Shown piece after piece: positions 27,300 through 40,430 of a stretch of DNA of 49,786 bases. The notes below the pieces were generated by a model that ran no database searches, was not told where the DNA came from, and was given only the letters and a program-made list of their open reading frames with translations. The stretch's first letter is position 1; every line of letters starts with the position of its first letter. The DNA is from Eledone cirrhosa (Eukaryota). The stretch covers positions 1 to 49,786 of the forward strand of contig CAXHJY010001479.1 of NCBI GenBank assembly GCA_964016885.1, in the 5' to 3' direction. The position numbers were made by a program, and so were the translations under genes.

Positions 27300-27555
27300 C
27301 ACTGTTTTCCCTCATCAGACTACGGCCATGTCGCACCAAGCCCTTGCTTTAGTCGATCGTATTGACCCTAGTACATTTTTTTAAAGCCTGGTACATATCG
27401 ATCGCTTTTTATTTTCAAATCGCTTGGTTACAGGACATAATCATAAAACACGCACAAGGCATTAGTCAACCTGCGGATATAGTAGCCGAGCAGCGAGACT
27501 GAACCTGGAACCGCATGGTTGTGAAGTGAACTCCTTAACCACCCGAGCACGCCTA
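27300..27555 (-). mobile_element. tRNA-derived SINE with a LINE-like 3' tail
   Basis: Minus-strand head GGTGGTTAAGGAGTTCACTTCACAACCATGCGGTTCCAGGTTCAGTCTC. The tail GGTGCGACATGGCCGTAGTC resembles the LINE 3' end at 42298-42335. Confidence 0.65.
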
Positions 27556-27854
27556 TTTATAATTTAATTTTTTTTTAATTCTGTCTCTAGTGTACACATC
27601 AGGTCGTTAATATGTATTTCCTATCGTTGTCAATTCTATCCTTCTTCTCTTATTCTGTCTTTCTCTCATTCAAATTCATTCAAAGTAACTAACATTGTTT
27701 TCATATTTTCAATTTTCTGCCATACATATATTTACATAAATTATTTCCTACATTCTTTACATTGAGTTCAAATCCCACCGAGTTCAACTTTTCCTTCGTC
27801 CCTTCCCCACGAAATGCCTTGATTTACCAAGTATTATGATTTGTCTTCTTCGCT

Positions 27855-28050
27855 GACTTAATCCTGGAAGGGTCGTACAAGCAACCGTCTCCAATTCATC
27901 CGGCTGGATCCCCAAGCGAGACCATCCGAGCTCATGTATGTTATCCAACCATCTTACTCGGGGTCTACCCTTGGGTGTCCAGCCGGTTGTTTTTGCCCGT
28001 AAAATCTGTTCAAAGATTCTTTCATGAAGCATTCTAACAACATGCCCATT
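27855..28050 (-). mobile_element. RTE-type LINE 3' fragment
   Basis: ORF 27784-28032 plus upstream bases read GHVVRMLHERIFEQILRAKTTGWTPKGRPRVRWLDNI. Confidence 0.8.
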
Positions 28051-28999
28051 AGAAACGATTATTTACTACTTCCATAATATTTCCTAACCGCATGGAAGAT
28101 AATATTATTTGATGCTGCTACATCTATAAATGTACACACTACATGCTAAGGTTATTATTTCATTAAATATTAGTTCATTAAATATTATATAGAATGTAAT
28201 ATACTTCAAGTAAGCTGTTAGACATATTTGAATATATTAGGAAAACATACCTATAGCCGCGAAGAAATTAACACAAACACACAGCCGCAATCAAATAAAC
28301 ACATATACGTGTGGGTATGCACTAGTGTGTATCTGCCTTATCTATATAAACATGAATTCAGTTTATGTAATGAACGCGTCAACAAGTATTGACTTCTTCT
28401 TTCGATAAAAAAACAGATCATTTGTAAAGATTGTGTTGGACATCCGTCGATTACGACGACTTGTGTTTCAGCTGTTCGTACAACAGAACGGCTTGTTCAG
28501 GAAATTAATATGAGAAATGAATGTGAAATAGCTGCGTATTCCACTGACAAGTGAACATTTACCGTAGTTTTCAGGGAGATTCATTATGACAAGGCTGTTC
28601 CTTTGAATTTACAGGCTCAATTCAACTTTGCCAGTTGAGTAAACTGGAGCAACGTGAAATAAAGTGTCTTGTTTAAGGACATACCTCGACGATGCTAATC
28701 GAACTCACAACGATGCGCCGAACACCATAACTTTTTAGTTATACACACACATACGTATATGTGTGTGTATAATATTCATCCTTTTAACAGTTCGGTTTTT
28801 CGGGGCGGGGGGCTGCTGGGTTCCACTTAAAGGCCTGGTATAGTTACCGACCACACGATCATGAAGTAGTACTTGGTAACATGATACCAATAGCAGGCAG
28901 ATGATTGGCCTGACCATAACACACACGCACACACACACACACGTTGGATCTATAAATCGATTAGTAGTAATTTTATTTCATATACTTATATTGTATTTA

Positions 29000-29071
<72 letters not shown>

Positions 29072-29165
29072 GAATTACTATTAATTGATTTATAGACCCA
29101 ACCACTATAGGATAAGATACAAAGTTTTGACGGGACGTCAATAATGAATTGGATATATGTAAAAA

Positions 29166-29341
29166 TATTTGTTTCTACTTTTGGCACAGGCCAGCAATTA
29201 TCCAGTGTATTACTGGTACTCTATTTTATCGACCCCGTAACGATGAAAGGCAAAGTTAACCTCGGCAGGATTTGAACTCAGAATGGCAAGGGCCGTAACT
29301 CTATGCGTCAAAGCATGGCGTCCGATCCTCTACCGATACTG
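29166..29341 (-). mobile_element. tRNA-derived SINE (9275 family)
   Basis: Very similar to 25983-26160. Confidence 0.85.
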
Positions 29342-29598
29342 AACACAAATAATATAGCATTGGCCTTTTTTACTATAATTTTTTTCCAATTTGCTTTTAT
29401 ATTTAAACAATTCTCGGTCAATTATTCCTATTTTTAGCATGTATAATGATTGAAAAGATATATACATACACGCATACATACTTATGCACACACAGACACA
29501 CACATATATATATATGTATATATGTATATATAGTGTTTTGTTCGTTCATTTCTACTATATATATATCTCACTCACTCTCAGAGTTCCTCCCTACTTTC

Positions 29599-29626
29599 CT
29601 GATGAAGGACTTATGTCCGAAACGTC
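29599..29626 (+). ncRNA. Minimal hammerhead-like motif without a local stem I
   Basis: CTGATGA-A-GGAC-ttat-GTCC-GAAA-CG-TC. The flanks (ACTTTC / TTAACC) do not pair. It lies in a ~140-bp island between microsatellites. Confidence 0.55.
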
Positions 29627-29714
29627 TTAACCTCCTCCACTCTCACCAAGCCTGAAGCTAATAACACTATATACCATTGACTCCTGTGTTTGTTTGTTTG
29701 TTTGTTTGTCATAT

Positions 29715-29774
<60 letters not shown>

Positions 29775-31403
29775 ATCAAGCAAAAGATAAACCAACTAGA
29801 CAAGACCATCTGTAGCATGGAGTTTCATCAGCCAAGCTGGAGATGCTGTCTCACATGTCTAAATGTTTACACATCTGCTCTGTGCTGAAATTCCATGTTG
29901 GTCGTATGCCGAAGGATGCAAGGACTGTTTGTGTTGTGCTTGTTCAAATTCCATGCTACATGTACAGTGTAAACTTCACCTCAATGTCGGGGCTCAGTCC
30001 AATTCTAAGGGCCCACGGCAGAAAAACAACCGTTTGATGATTACGAAGAAAAAATTGTTTTACTCGGATTTTAGTGGAATACTGTATTGTATATAAGTAT
30101 ATGAAGAAGAATTACAACTTAAAGATGCCTCCTATTTATTTATGTTCACTGATGAGTAACACCCACCTGATGGTTGATCGGCAGGTGTAGCCAAGCCAAT
30201 GCGCATATTTCTCTTCTTGGATTCCGGTTCGTGGGTGTGTGTGTTATTTAAAGTTGATCTCTAGTATTAAGAATGTTTTTGTATTCCCTTATTAGTTCTT
30301 TGGCTTGGAACAATAGCGTTCCTATGTTCGCATTTTTATTAACGCTTTGAGACCTTCACAACCACATCTTCAGAATAATGATTTAAGTGTTGTTCTCGCG
30401 ATTTGTAGTGTTTGCAAAGGATCGTCGAAATATTAGTAAATTTTTGAATCGGATTTCAAATTTATTCAAAAATAAAATCTTGATAGAGGTCATAGTTTAT
30501 CTTACGTATGGAGAAGCGGTGCTTCCATTAAGGCTAACAAGGCTCATCCAACCTTAAATTTAAATCATTTTATTTCAGGGTAATTGGGTGCACAATGCAG
30601 TACTAAGCTACTGTGCCCCAGACGCTACTTTCAGGAATTTCCATATGGATTAATTGTTGTCAATGTAAACCGTAATCCGTTTCATCTATGAGTGGTTAAA
30701 ACTGATTCTGAAAGGGAAGACACTTGGAAATTAGGGGAGAAATTACAGAGGAATCCAAATTAGAGACAAATGGTGTACGTTGTGTATATATCAAATGAAA
30801 TTCTAATATACTCAACTATAAGTGCGATAATGAATTAAGAATTCACAAAAAAAAATAATAAAGAAATTTCTTTTAATAAAACGTTTTAATAATTAATCCT
30901 GTAAATGTATATTAGTGAAAGAGTTACTAGATGGTAATTCAAAATGGTGGAGGATTTGAGGAAACTGGAATCGCAAGTTGGGCTCTGAGAACCACAATAT
31001 TAAAGCAGAAACAGAATTAAATGCTCATATATATGTGCAAGATCGTAGTCTAACTAGTGGATGAAAGCATTGGGTAAATAAATAAGTAAAAAACGAAAAA
31101 CAATTTATTGGTTAAAAGCTGAAATGAATGATATTGGATCATTTTAAACTCGAGATTAGTTAGACAGAAAATTTTCAGGTATCCGTGTGTGTCTGTGCCT
31201 GTATAAATGTGTGTATATGCAAATGTATCTGTGTGTACGTACATGTTCGTGTATGTAGATGTGTACGTACATGTTCATGTATGTATGTGTTCGTATGTAC
31301 GTGTTTGTTTTTTGTTGTTGTTTAATGGAATGAAACCCATTCAGTCAATGAAGCAAATATTTATTTTCTTTTCAGATTTCTTTTAAAGAAATCATTTTAA
31401 TTA

Positions 31404-32001
31404 TCTATATATATATATATATATAAAACTGAGGATGTCTGTGTGTGTGTGAGTTTGAATCCCTAAAACTAGAGAAGCACCCAACCGACTGTTTTCAAAC
31501 TTTACAAATGTAATATTTATGTTTCAGGGAGTGTTCTGAGCAAAAACAATTACATATTTTCAATGCCATAGGGACCGCATTAGGCGATTTAGCGATCTCT
31601 CTCTATAATTCTTAGACTTTCTCTTTTTAGATAGATACATACATATAACGTCGCGCCCTTATAATATCTGTCTGTATGTCTGGCTGTCTGCAATACATCA
31701 CTTTCTACAATTCGCTCTGCGTCCAGAGCGCGCCCTTATAATATCTGTCTGTATGTCTGGCTGTCTGCTGCCTCCGGTTATTCTGCCACCCTTGCTCAAG
31801 ACAAATCTCACACTCAGTCCCCAAACAGTTGGTAAGTGCACACAACTTCTTCCTCATGTTTTAAGCCACAGTGTTGCTTATTTACGTACCACCAGACCTT
31901 TACTTCTTTTCCAGCCGTGGTTGTGGCAATATTAATCTTAGCTAAGGCGGTTATATATTTCACAATACCTTATACCGTGCAACGCCGGGTACCACTTCTA
32001 G
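31404..32001 (+). mobile_element. Non-autonomous Helitron
   Basis: 5' TC(TA)nAAAA..GTCTGTGTGTG start after A31403. Subterminal hairpin CCGTGC-aac-GCCGG at 31975-31988. 3' CTAG (31998-32001) followed by T. No TSD. Internal 40-bp direct repeat at 31652-31691/31729-31768. Confidence 0.8.
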
Positions 32002-32383
32002 TAATAATTAAAAACAAAATTAACTTAGTCTAATAATTCGACTAATTCCTAATTTTGTAACCCTATGATCATCCAAGCCACGGCAATTACACGATAATTT
32101 AAATGAAAATAGTTCACTCTGATCACACTAAATTAATATGTAATATATCTGCCTTTTATTAATATGCACCAAGGAGAGCTTTATTTCAGTAGAATACCTA
32201 TTACTCAATATGATTAACAGTAAACATTTGAAAAATAACTATTTACATGTAAACTTGGAAAAAATATTAGAAATAAGATTCAGTAGAATACGAACTTTAT
32301 TTTGAGATGTACAGTATTAATCCTACCTTTTTTTACCGGGTCTAAAATCTATTTGCGTGTTGTACAATCACACTATCTTTTAT

Positions 32384-32389
32384 TTTATT

Positions 32390-32436
<47 letters not shown>

Positions 32437-32439
32437 TTT
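32384..32439. repeat. (TTTA)n microsatellite
   Basis: Direct reading of the sequence. Confidence 0.9.
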
Positions 32440-33117
32440 GCGTAACCTTCTCTCTCATAGTTAGGATGGATGTTATATTCTATAAATAAGGTATATGTAC
32501 AGTGTTGAAAAGCTTAAAGTGACAGGATGTAATTTGAGGAAAATTTCGCAGCTATTTCTTGGAGGTATAGTAGCCACTTACAGATTCCATCATTCACTTC
32601 AGTCCATATCAGGTTTTTTGGTTCAGAATCTAAGCCATTGGTTTCAGCCTTTTCATTAAAAGGTGGTTAGTTTAACACGTACGTGACCATATTTCTGATG
32701 AGAGGAACTGGCTGTGATTTCAAATATTTCTGAAAATAATAAACTATTTCCTCTTTATTAAGCTGGTGTTTGGGACATATAAAGGTTCTTACAACAAACA
32801 ACATTGTATCGTAAAACCGAAGGTGGTTTGAGGCGAGTTTAAATCAGAAGAGTTAAAACAAGGAATTCAAAACCGCGTCTAAAAACTTAGACTTTCAAAA
32901 TTTCAAGGCCGTTTCAAAATCTACAGGATTATTCTAATTTAATCTGATTTGAATTGAGTGATTAAACATTTTACACTGGATCTTTGAACATTTTGGACTG
33001 CTGCTACGATTTATGCGCTCCCCGGGTTGGTAACCTGTCATTCTATGCATTAAATATACATAAAGGCGTAGGCGTTGTGGTGTCGTTAAGGACTTTTATT
33101 TGCAACCACGTAGTGAC

Positions 33118-33200
33118 GTTGGCCAATGGTTAATGTGGTTAATGCACTCAATCGGCATCCCAGAGATGCAGTGTTCGATTCCATACAGGTAACAATGTGT
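33118..33200 (+). mobile_element. tRNA-like SINE head
   Basis: TGGCCAATGGTTAA (A box) ... GTGTTCGATTCC (B box). It does not form a complete cloverleaf. Confidence 0.5.
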
Positions 33201-33314
33201 ACTTTCTCTGTCTCCTAGTGTTATTTTCACAAATTCTCTTTACTAGTATTTATAATAAAGAGAATTTGTGAAAATAACACTAGGAGACGGAGAAAGTACT
33301 AGTATTTATAATAA
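33199..33314. repeat. 44-bp inverted repeat with duplicated loop
   Basis: Arms at 33199-33242/33256-33299 with one T-G mismatch. TACTAGTATTTATAATAA occurs at 33241-33258 and 33297-33314. Confidence 0.9.
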
Positions 33315-34665
33315 TCGACTATTATTATTATGGCCATTTACGTTGGGACGCACAGATTTTGAATTTCATACATATATCATTGTCAATTTGCTGCGTTATA
33401 AGATAGCTTACACATAAAAATAAATATAGTTGTGGTTATGTATACGCGCACGCGCGCACATACACACACATACACATACACTGCATGTACACGTATGTAG
33501 AAACACTTGTAGATGGCCGCGATGTCATATTTAATACTTGTGTGCAATAATACCGAAGAATATATGTCATGCATCTTAACGTTGTGCGTATATATTTGCT
33601 TTCAATATTTCCATAATGTATGAACACGTTTACTTCGTAATTATATTAGAATATATAACTATTGTGTCCGTATATGGTGGTATAGGCAGGCCTGTGAATA
33701 TGTGGGTGTTATGCTTGCGGGCATGTGTGTGTGATAGATATTTTTATATTGTGGGTGTTGGTGCATACATTTATTCAATTATATTACACACTTATATGGA
33801 TTTATAAATAAATATCTCTCTGTAAATAACGGTTACTCAGTCACACATACACACGCATTCGCATACATATCTATAAATACATGTATGAATATATACACAA
33901 ATACACACAATATATATATTTTTTTTTATTATTTTATTTATTTCTTAATTTATTTATTTATTTATTTATACAAATACACATTCACATATGTGTGTACGTG
34001 CTCATTCTTGTATAGCAAATAAAAAAGTGTTCGAAATAAAACAATGTAGTGTACTGCGGGGATATACATATTTAAGTTTTAAGCAGAAGTTGTATCGAAA
34101 GCACGAGAAGGACCCTAATCGAAATATCAAAACGAGTTACATGCATAGATTCATTCTATCCAAACATTTTGTTATGTTATATATATTTATCTAATCTACT
34201 TCCTCAAATATTTGGTATCTTTCTCTCCTTCTCTCTCATCCCTCTGACCCCGAGACACAATAAGTGAAAGTGCAACAATTTTAATACTGTTTATGTAACC
34301 CCAAATTGTCTCACCTGCCACTTGTCTCTGACTACCTGAAACAAAAGCAGTTATACAAAACTGTTTCCTGGATAGGGTCGTTACACAAATATAATTTGAA
34401 ATTAATATATTTGTACACGCGTAATATGACGTAGAATAGAAAGTTGCGTTACCGAATACTAGAATAGAACCACTTATATGTTTTGTATATATATATATAT
34501 ATAAAACTGATAGCATTTGAATGGCTATGACCTCATCAGGCAGTTAGTCAGTTCTTAGATATGCCAGCTCTGTGTTTATAGTGTTGATGGTATCAGAGCC
34601 TTGGGACATATATATATATATATGTATACATATATATATATATTTATACATATATATATATATTT

Positions 34666-34704
<39 letters not shown>

Positions 34705-34845
34705 CATATATATATATATATTTATACATATATATATATATATATATATTTATACATATATATATATATATATATATTTATACATATATATATATATATA
34801 TTTATACGTATATACATATATTTATACATATATATATATTTATAC

Positions 34846-34879
<34 letters not shown>

Positions 34880-34938
34880 ATATATTTATACATATATATA
34901 TATATTTATACATATATATATGCATATATTTATATATT

Positions 34939-34990
<52 letters not shown>

Positions 34991-35090
34991 TTTATAAATT
35001 TATATATATATATATATTTATATATATTTATATCTATATATCTATATATACATATATATATATATCTATAAATATATATATATATACAAA

Positions 35091-35646
35091 TATGTATTCA
35101 CCGAACATTTATTATAATGCTCGGTGTGTTATACATATTTATTATAATGCTCGGTGTGTTATACATATATGTATGTACACGTACATACATATATGTATAC
35201 AAACGTACAGTAGTATGTATATATACATACATGCACACATATATATATGTGCGTATGGATTCACCGAACATTTTTTCCGTTTATCGTTTTCGGTGCACCC
35301 GGCCGATTAACCCACTCGATATGCAAGTTGCGCTACTCAGCCGTTAATATGCATAAGGTAAGTATATACGTTCAACAATCTGGCAGGTGAGTATACGTTG
35401 CTGACGATAACTAATAAGCTTCAAACTAGTACAGCGTTCCTTTGTCAGTGTTGAACAAACGAGCAACGGTGGTTGCTAGACACTACGGCTTAATACGGGA
35501 TGTTTGTTTACAAACACACCGAGCATTATAATAAATAGTTCGGTGAATCCATACGTACATATATATATATGTGTGGATGTATGTATATATATATACATAC
35601 TACTGTACCTCGTCTGTATACATATATGTATGTACGTGTACATACT
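35091..35646 (+). mobile_element. Retrozyme-like element (family of 46034-46695) with inverted terminal duplication and a mutated HHR
   Basis: 35280-35460 aligns with 46280-46470. HHR fold at 35395-35437 has GAAA changed to CAAA. 35165-35269 is an inverted copy of 35538-35646. TA tracts flank it. Confidence 0.8.
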
Positions 35647-35694
35647 TATATATTTATATATATATATATTTATATATATATATATTTATATATT

Positions 35695-35727
<33 letters not shown>

Positions 35728-35817
35728 TTATATATATATATATATTTATATATATTTATATATATATATATTTATATATATTTATATATATATATATTTA
35801 TATATATTTATATATAT

Positions 35818-37448
35818 TTGCTAAAAATAGATCTAGCTTAACTTCGGATGACATTAACATTATTACACATGCTAGACTAACACTTATTGAATTTCAGAAT
35901 GAATACTGGACCAGAAACACATACAGTAATCTTTTTGATATTACTATGGGTTCAAGCGATTCCGCCCAAATTACTGATCTTGTGGGCCTCTTTCTCCTTT
36001 TCAACATAAATGCCTCTTTTCCCCACCTCAAAGGTGGTTTATATCGTGATGACTGTCTTCTTCTTTCTAACAACCTTAGCCTTTCAGAAATCGAAAAAAA
36101 CAAAAAACATATTAGAACTTTCCTTAAAGACTATTATAATCTTAATATTACTTTTGAAAAAACAAGTAAAGTAGTAAATTTCCTAGATATAACTTTAGAT
36201 TTAGCTACGGGTATCTACCAACCTTACCATAAACCTAACCAAAACTTACATTACATACACTCACAATCTAATCACCCTAAATCTATCCTTAAAAACCTTG
36301 CATATAATATATCACTTAGAATTTCTAACCTTTCTTCTAACCAAGATGTATTTGATAAAAATGCGACCTTTTATAATGAAGCTCTAGATAGAAGTGGCCA
36401 CAAAAATAGATTAGAGTATATACCTTCTACTAAAAATACTGAAAGCATACAGCATAATATTACCAACAAACACCAAATGAAAAGTACACACCTAAATGCC
36501 ACCCACAATATACCCCAAAATACTAAATCTTCTAATATAAAGTATAGTAACCCTCAAAAAACTACTCATCATACAACTATAATAAATATTAATAATAAAA
36601 CTCCTAATAAAAAAGATAAAACACCTAAATCTACAAATATAACTAAAAATAGTTGTGGTGAGATCATTAACATTAATCCTCCTAGTAAAAATCACGATAC
36701 AACCTATAAAAATAATAAAAATAATAAACAACATAGAAACCGTAATAGACGAGTTACTTGGTATAATGCTCCTTTTAATTTACAAGTTAAGGATAATATT
36801 GCTAAAAATTTTTTTTATATCTTTGAGAAAAACTTCCCGCCAAACCACAAATACCATCAAATCTTAAATAGGTCTACAGTTAAATTCTCATACTCTACAA
36901 CAAATAACATAAAACAAAATATAAGTGCATATAATGCATATAAATGTAAGAAAACCATAAGTATACCACCAGTACATCAAATTAACCATAATATCTCCTC
37001 AAATACAGAATTAACGAAAGGATGTAACTGTAGAAACAAAGCAAACTGCCCATTAAAAGGGAATTGTCTTGTTAACAACATAGTCTATAAATGTAATGTT
37101 AAAACTAAAGATTCTATTTGCTCATATATAGGAGCTACCTCTAACAATTTTAAGACAAGGTTTAATACCCACAAGCATAGTTTTAAAAATGCCGCACTGG
37201 CTAATACAACATCTCTAGCAGAAAAAATCAATAGTTATAAAAATAAGAATATAAAATATGATTTGACCTGGAGTGTGCTCAAAAGAGCCACCCCTTATCA
37301 AAATAATAGAAAGGAATGTAGATTATGTTCCCAAGAACTATTTGAAATAATGAAGTCTAAGGATATCTTATTAAATAAACGACAGGAATTAATTATATCG
37401 TGTAATCATAAACTAAAAAAAACATTTAAATATTATAAACCTAATTAA
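35818..37448 (+). CDS. Penelope-like element ORF (RT + GIY-YIG), 5'-truncated; Nematis-like
   Basis: [24 protein letters not shown] (36042-36053), [29 protein letters not shown]...CPLKGNC linker, IVYKC...YIGAT...FKTRFNTH, and CRLCSQE...LNKR. The predicted N-terminus at 35571-35817 is microsatellite. Clade label is from recalled motifs. Confidence 0.93.
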
Positions 37449-37890
37449 TAACATTATTCTAGAAATTAATTTAACTTAAATGTTAGTTAACCTATAAATT
37501 TAATTTAATTAATATTTTATTACAGATGAGAATATAAAGTATTATGTAATCATAAATTGTGAAAAACCTTTAAATATTACTAATATATACTTAGTAATTT
37601 AATTTATAGATTAATTTTAATTTATTTATACCTTTTATTATAAATCTTTTACAGATAAAATATAACAAAATAATATCGTGTATCCAATGACAGAGAAATA
37701 ATTTTTAGTATTATAGACCTAATTAATATACATTTTGGAAATATATTTATTATTTGGTTTTAGTTTTAATCAACCTAAAAATTTTAATTTTAATTTGCTT
37801 ATTATTAGTATCCTTATACAGACGAATTGCAGAATGTCATGTAATCATAGAATGGGATGTGTTTTGGATATATACCTAGTTAATATATTC
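37390..37890 (+). repeat. Degenerate ~135-160-bp tandem repeat derived from the ORF 3' end
   Basis: The motif (ATC)GTGTAATCATAAA...AAATATTATAAACCTAATTAAT recurs near 37393, 37538, 37673 and 37834, with remnants near 38140 and 38385. Confidence 0.65.
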
Positions 37891-37981
37891 TGTGCAATTT
37901 TTTGAAAAAGATATGTATATGTATATGTGTATGTGTATGTGTGTGTGTGTATGTGTATCTGTATGTATGTATATATGTGTA

Positions 37982-38022
<41 letters not shown>

Positions 38023-38769
38023 ATATGTATGTATATGTGTATGTGTATGTATATGTATATGTATGCGTATTAATTTTGATTTCTATTTGCATATAATTAT
38101 ATTAGGCTATTGATGAAATACAATATCTGCTTTATGTATTGTATACCTAATTAACATATACTATTTAACATATACTATTGAAATAAATATATAATTTTTA
38201 ATTTAGTTAACATATTATTTATATGCTACTACCGATGTAATACTTTATTTTATTTTTATTTGGGTTTCTTTTCCCTATTACTAAATTCATTTCCTAATAT
38301 TGATACCATAACGTTATTAACTTTAATTTAGTTATACTGTAATTAATAATCTACTACTGTTTGACTTCAAAATTCTGCTTCAAATATTATAAACCTAACT
38401 AATTTACACCTTAGAAATCAATATGTTGACTATCTTTGGTTTAGTTAACATATGATTAATGGTATACTTATTTATTTTGAGATGCATAGATTTTGCCTTA
38501 GTTCTTGTTTGTCGTATTTCCTAGCACTGAAAATATGTAAGAACATACATTGAATAAAGATACGGAAAATATTATATGTTTCTTGAAACATATATTTACT
38601 TTGATCCCCTTCTCCAAACCCCCCCTTTCCCCCATACTATTATCATCTGTATTTGTAAGCGTCTATGTATGAATATATATGTAGGTAGGTGTCTATATAG
38701 GTTTGGGTATTTATATCTAAATATAAAAATACATATATGCGCATGCAAATATGAATGTAAGATTGCGTG

Positions 38770-39154
38770 TGTATATATGAGTGTACATATGTATGTATAT
38801 ATATATGTATATATATGCATTATATATGTATGTGTATGTGAATGTGTTGTATGTATATGTGTATGTATGTGTACATATGTGTATGTATGTGTATGCTTGT
38901 ATATATAGGAATATATATATGTATATATATATGTGTATATGTATATGCGTGTGTATGTATGTATGTGTATGTGTGTTGTATATATATGTATGTCTCTCTA
39001 TTTATATGTTTATCTTCGTATCTATGTGATATATGTGTGTGTGTGTGCACGTATGCATATGTATGTGTTTGTGTGTGTTTGTAGTGTGTGTGTATATATG
39101 TGTATGTGCGCACACACACATACACATATATATATGTGAGTGTGTATATGTGTC

Positions 39155-39212
<58 letters not shown>

Positions 39213-39515
39213 TTGATATATATATATATATATATAGGTGTCTATGTGTGAATATATGTCTTTATTCGTATGTGTGTATTTATGTATGTATATGTTTATG
39301 TGTATGTATGTATGTGTATGTATGTATGTATATATATATATATATATATGTATATGTATATATATATATGTATATTATTCTTTATTATTATAATATAACT
39401 TATGTGTATATGTGTATAAGTGAGGTTGTGTATGTGTATATAATATGTGTATATATAAGTGTAAAAAAAAATATATATATATATATGTGCATGTCTGTTT
39501 TTTTTTTTTTTTTTT

Positions 39516-39551
<36 letters not shown>

Positions 39552-40005
39552 CGTGTGTATATATATATATATATACATATGTGGGTGTTTGTATGTGTAT
39601 TTATGGTGGTATGAGTGTGTGGATATATATATTTATATATATATATATATATATGTATGAGTGTATGTGTGTGTATATATATATATATGTATGTGTATAT
39701 ATGTGTATATATATATATGTGTATGTATGTGTGTATATATATATATCTCTATTAATGCGTGTGTGTATGTATATACATATGCCTTTTTATTATTATTTTT
39801 ATTTGTATGTCTGAGTTAGGTGAGGTTGTAGTGTTTTTTATGTATATACGCATATATGGAAGCGTATGTATTTATATATATGAGTATAAGTAGGTGCATA
39901 TGTATGTATGATTATATATCTAATTCTATGTATGAATGTACATCTATATATATATATGTGTGTATGTAAGTTGTGTGTGTATGTATCTATATGTCTATGT
40001 GTGTG

Positions 40006-40036
<31 letters not shown>

Positions 40037-40121
40037 GTATATCGATGTGCGTATATGTATGTACATGTATGTACATGTATGTGTGTATGTATGTGTATGT
40101 ATATTTAGATGTATGTGTATG

Positions 40122-40172
<51 letters not shown>

Positions 40173-40430
40173 ATATATATATGGATATATATCTTTATTA
40201 TTTATTTTTTTTATATATATGTGTATGTGTGTATGTGTTGCGTGTGTGTGTGTGTGTATATATATATCTTTATATATGTGTATGTGTATGTTCGTGTAAG
40301 TGTATGTGTGTGTATGACTGTATATGTATGTGTGTATGTGTGTATGCGTAAATATTTCTATGTGCGCGTACATGTATGTATGTGTATATATCTGTATGTG
40401 TATGTATATTATATTATATTTATTATATTT
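38770..40430. repeat. Compound (TA)n/(TG)n/(TATG)n low-complexity tract
   Basis: Direct reading of the sequence. Confidence 0.9.

Noticed and set aside
27300-27325. CTGATGAG...GAAA on the minus strand as a hammerhead
   Set aside because: There is no stem II or UH site; it is the diverged SINE 3' tail.
30148-30190. CTGATGAG followed by a hairpin
   Set aside because: No GAAA, stem III or stem I follows.
32695-32760. CTGATGA-GAGGAA...TTCCTC
   Set aside because: A stem II-like pair exists but is followed by TTTA rather than GAAA, and there is no stem III.
33118-33185. tRNA gene
   Set aside because: A/B boxes are present but there is no complete cloverleaf or acceptor stem; it is better explained as a SINE head.
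35571-35817. N-terminal 80 aa of the 625-aa ORF
   Set aside because: This is microsatellite and the tail of the neighbouring element; PLE homology starts near 35818.
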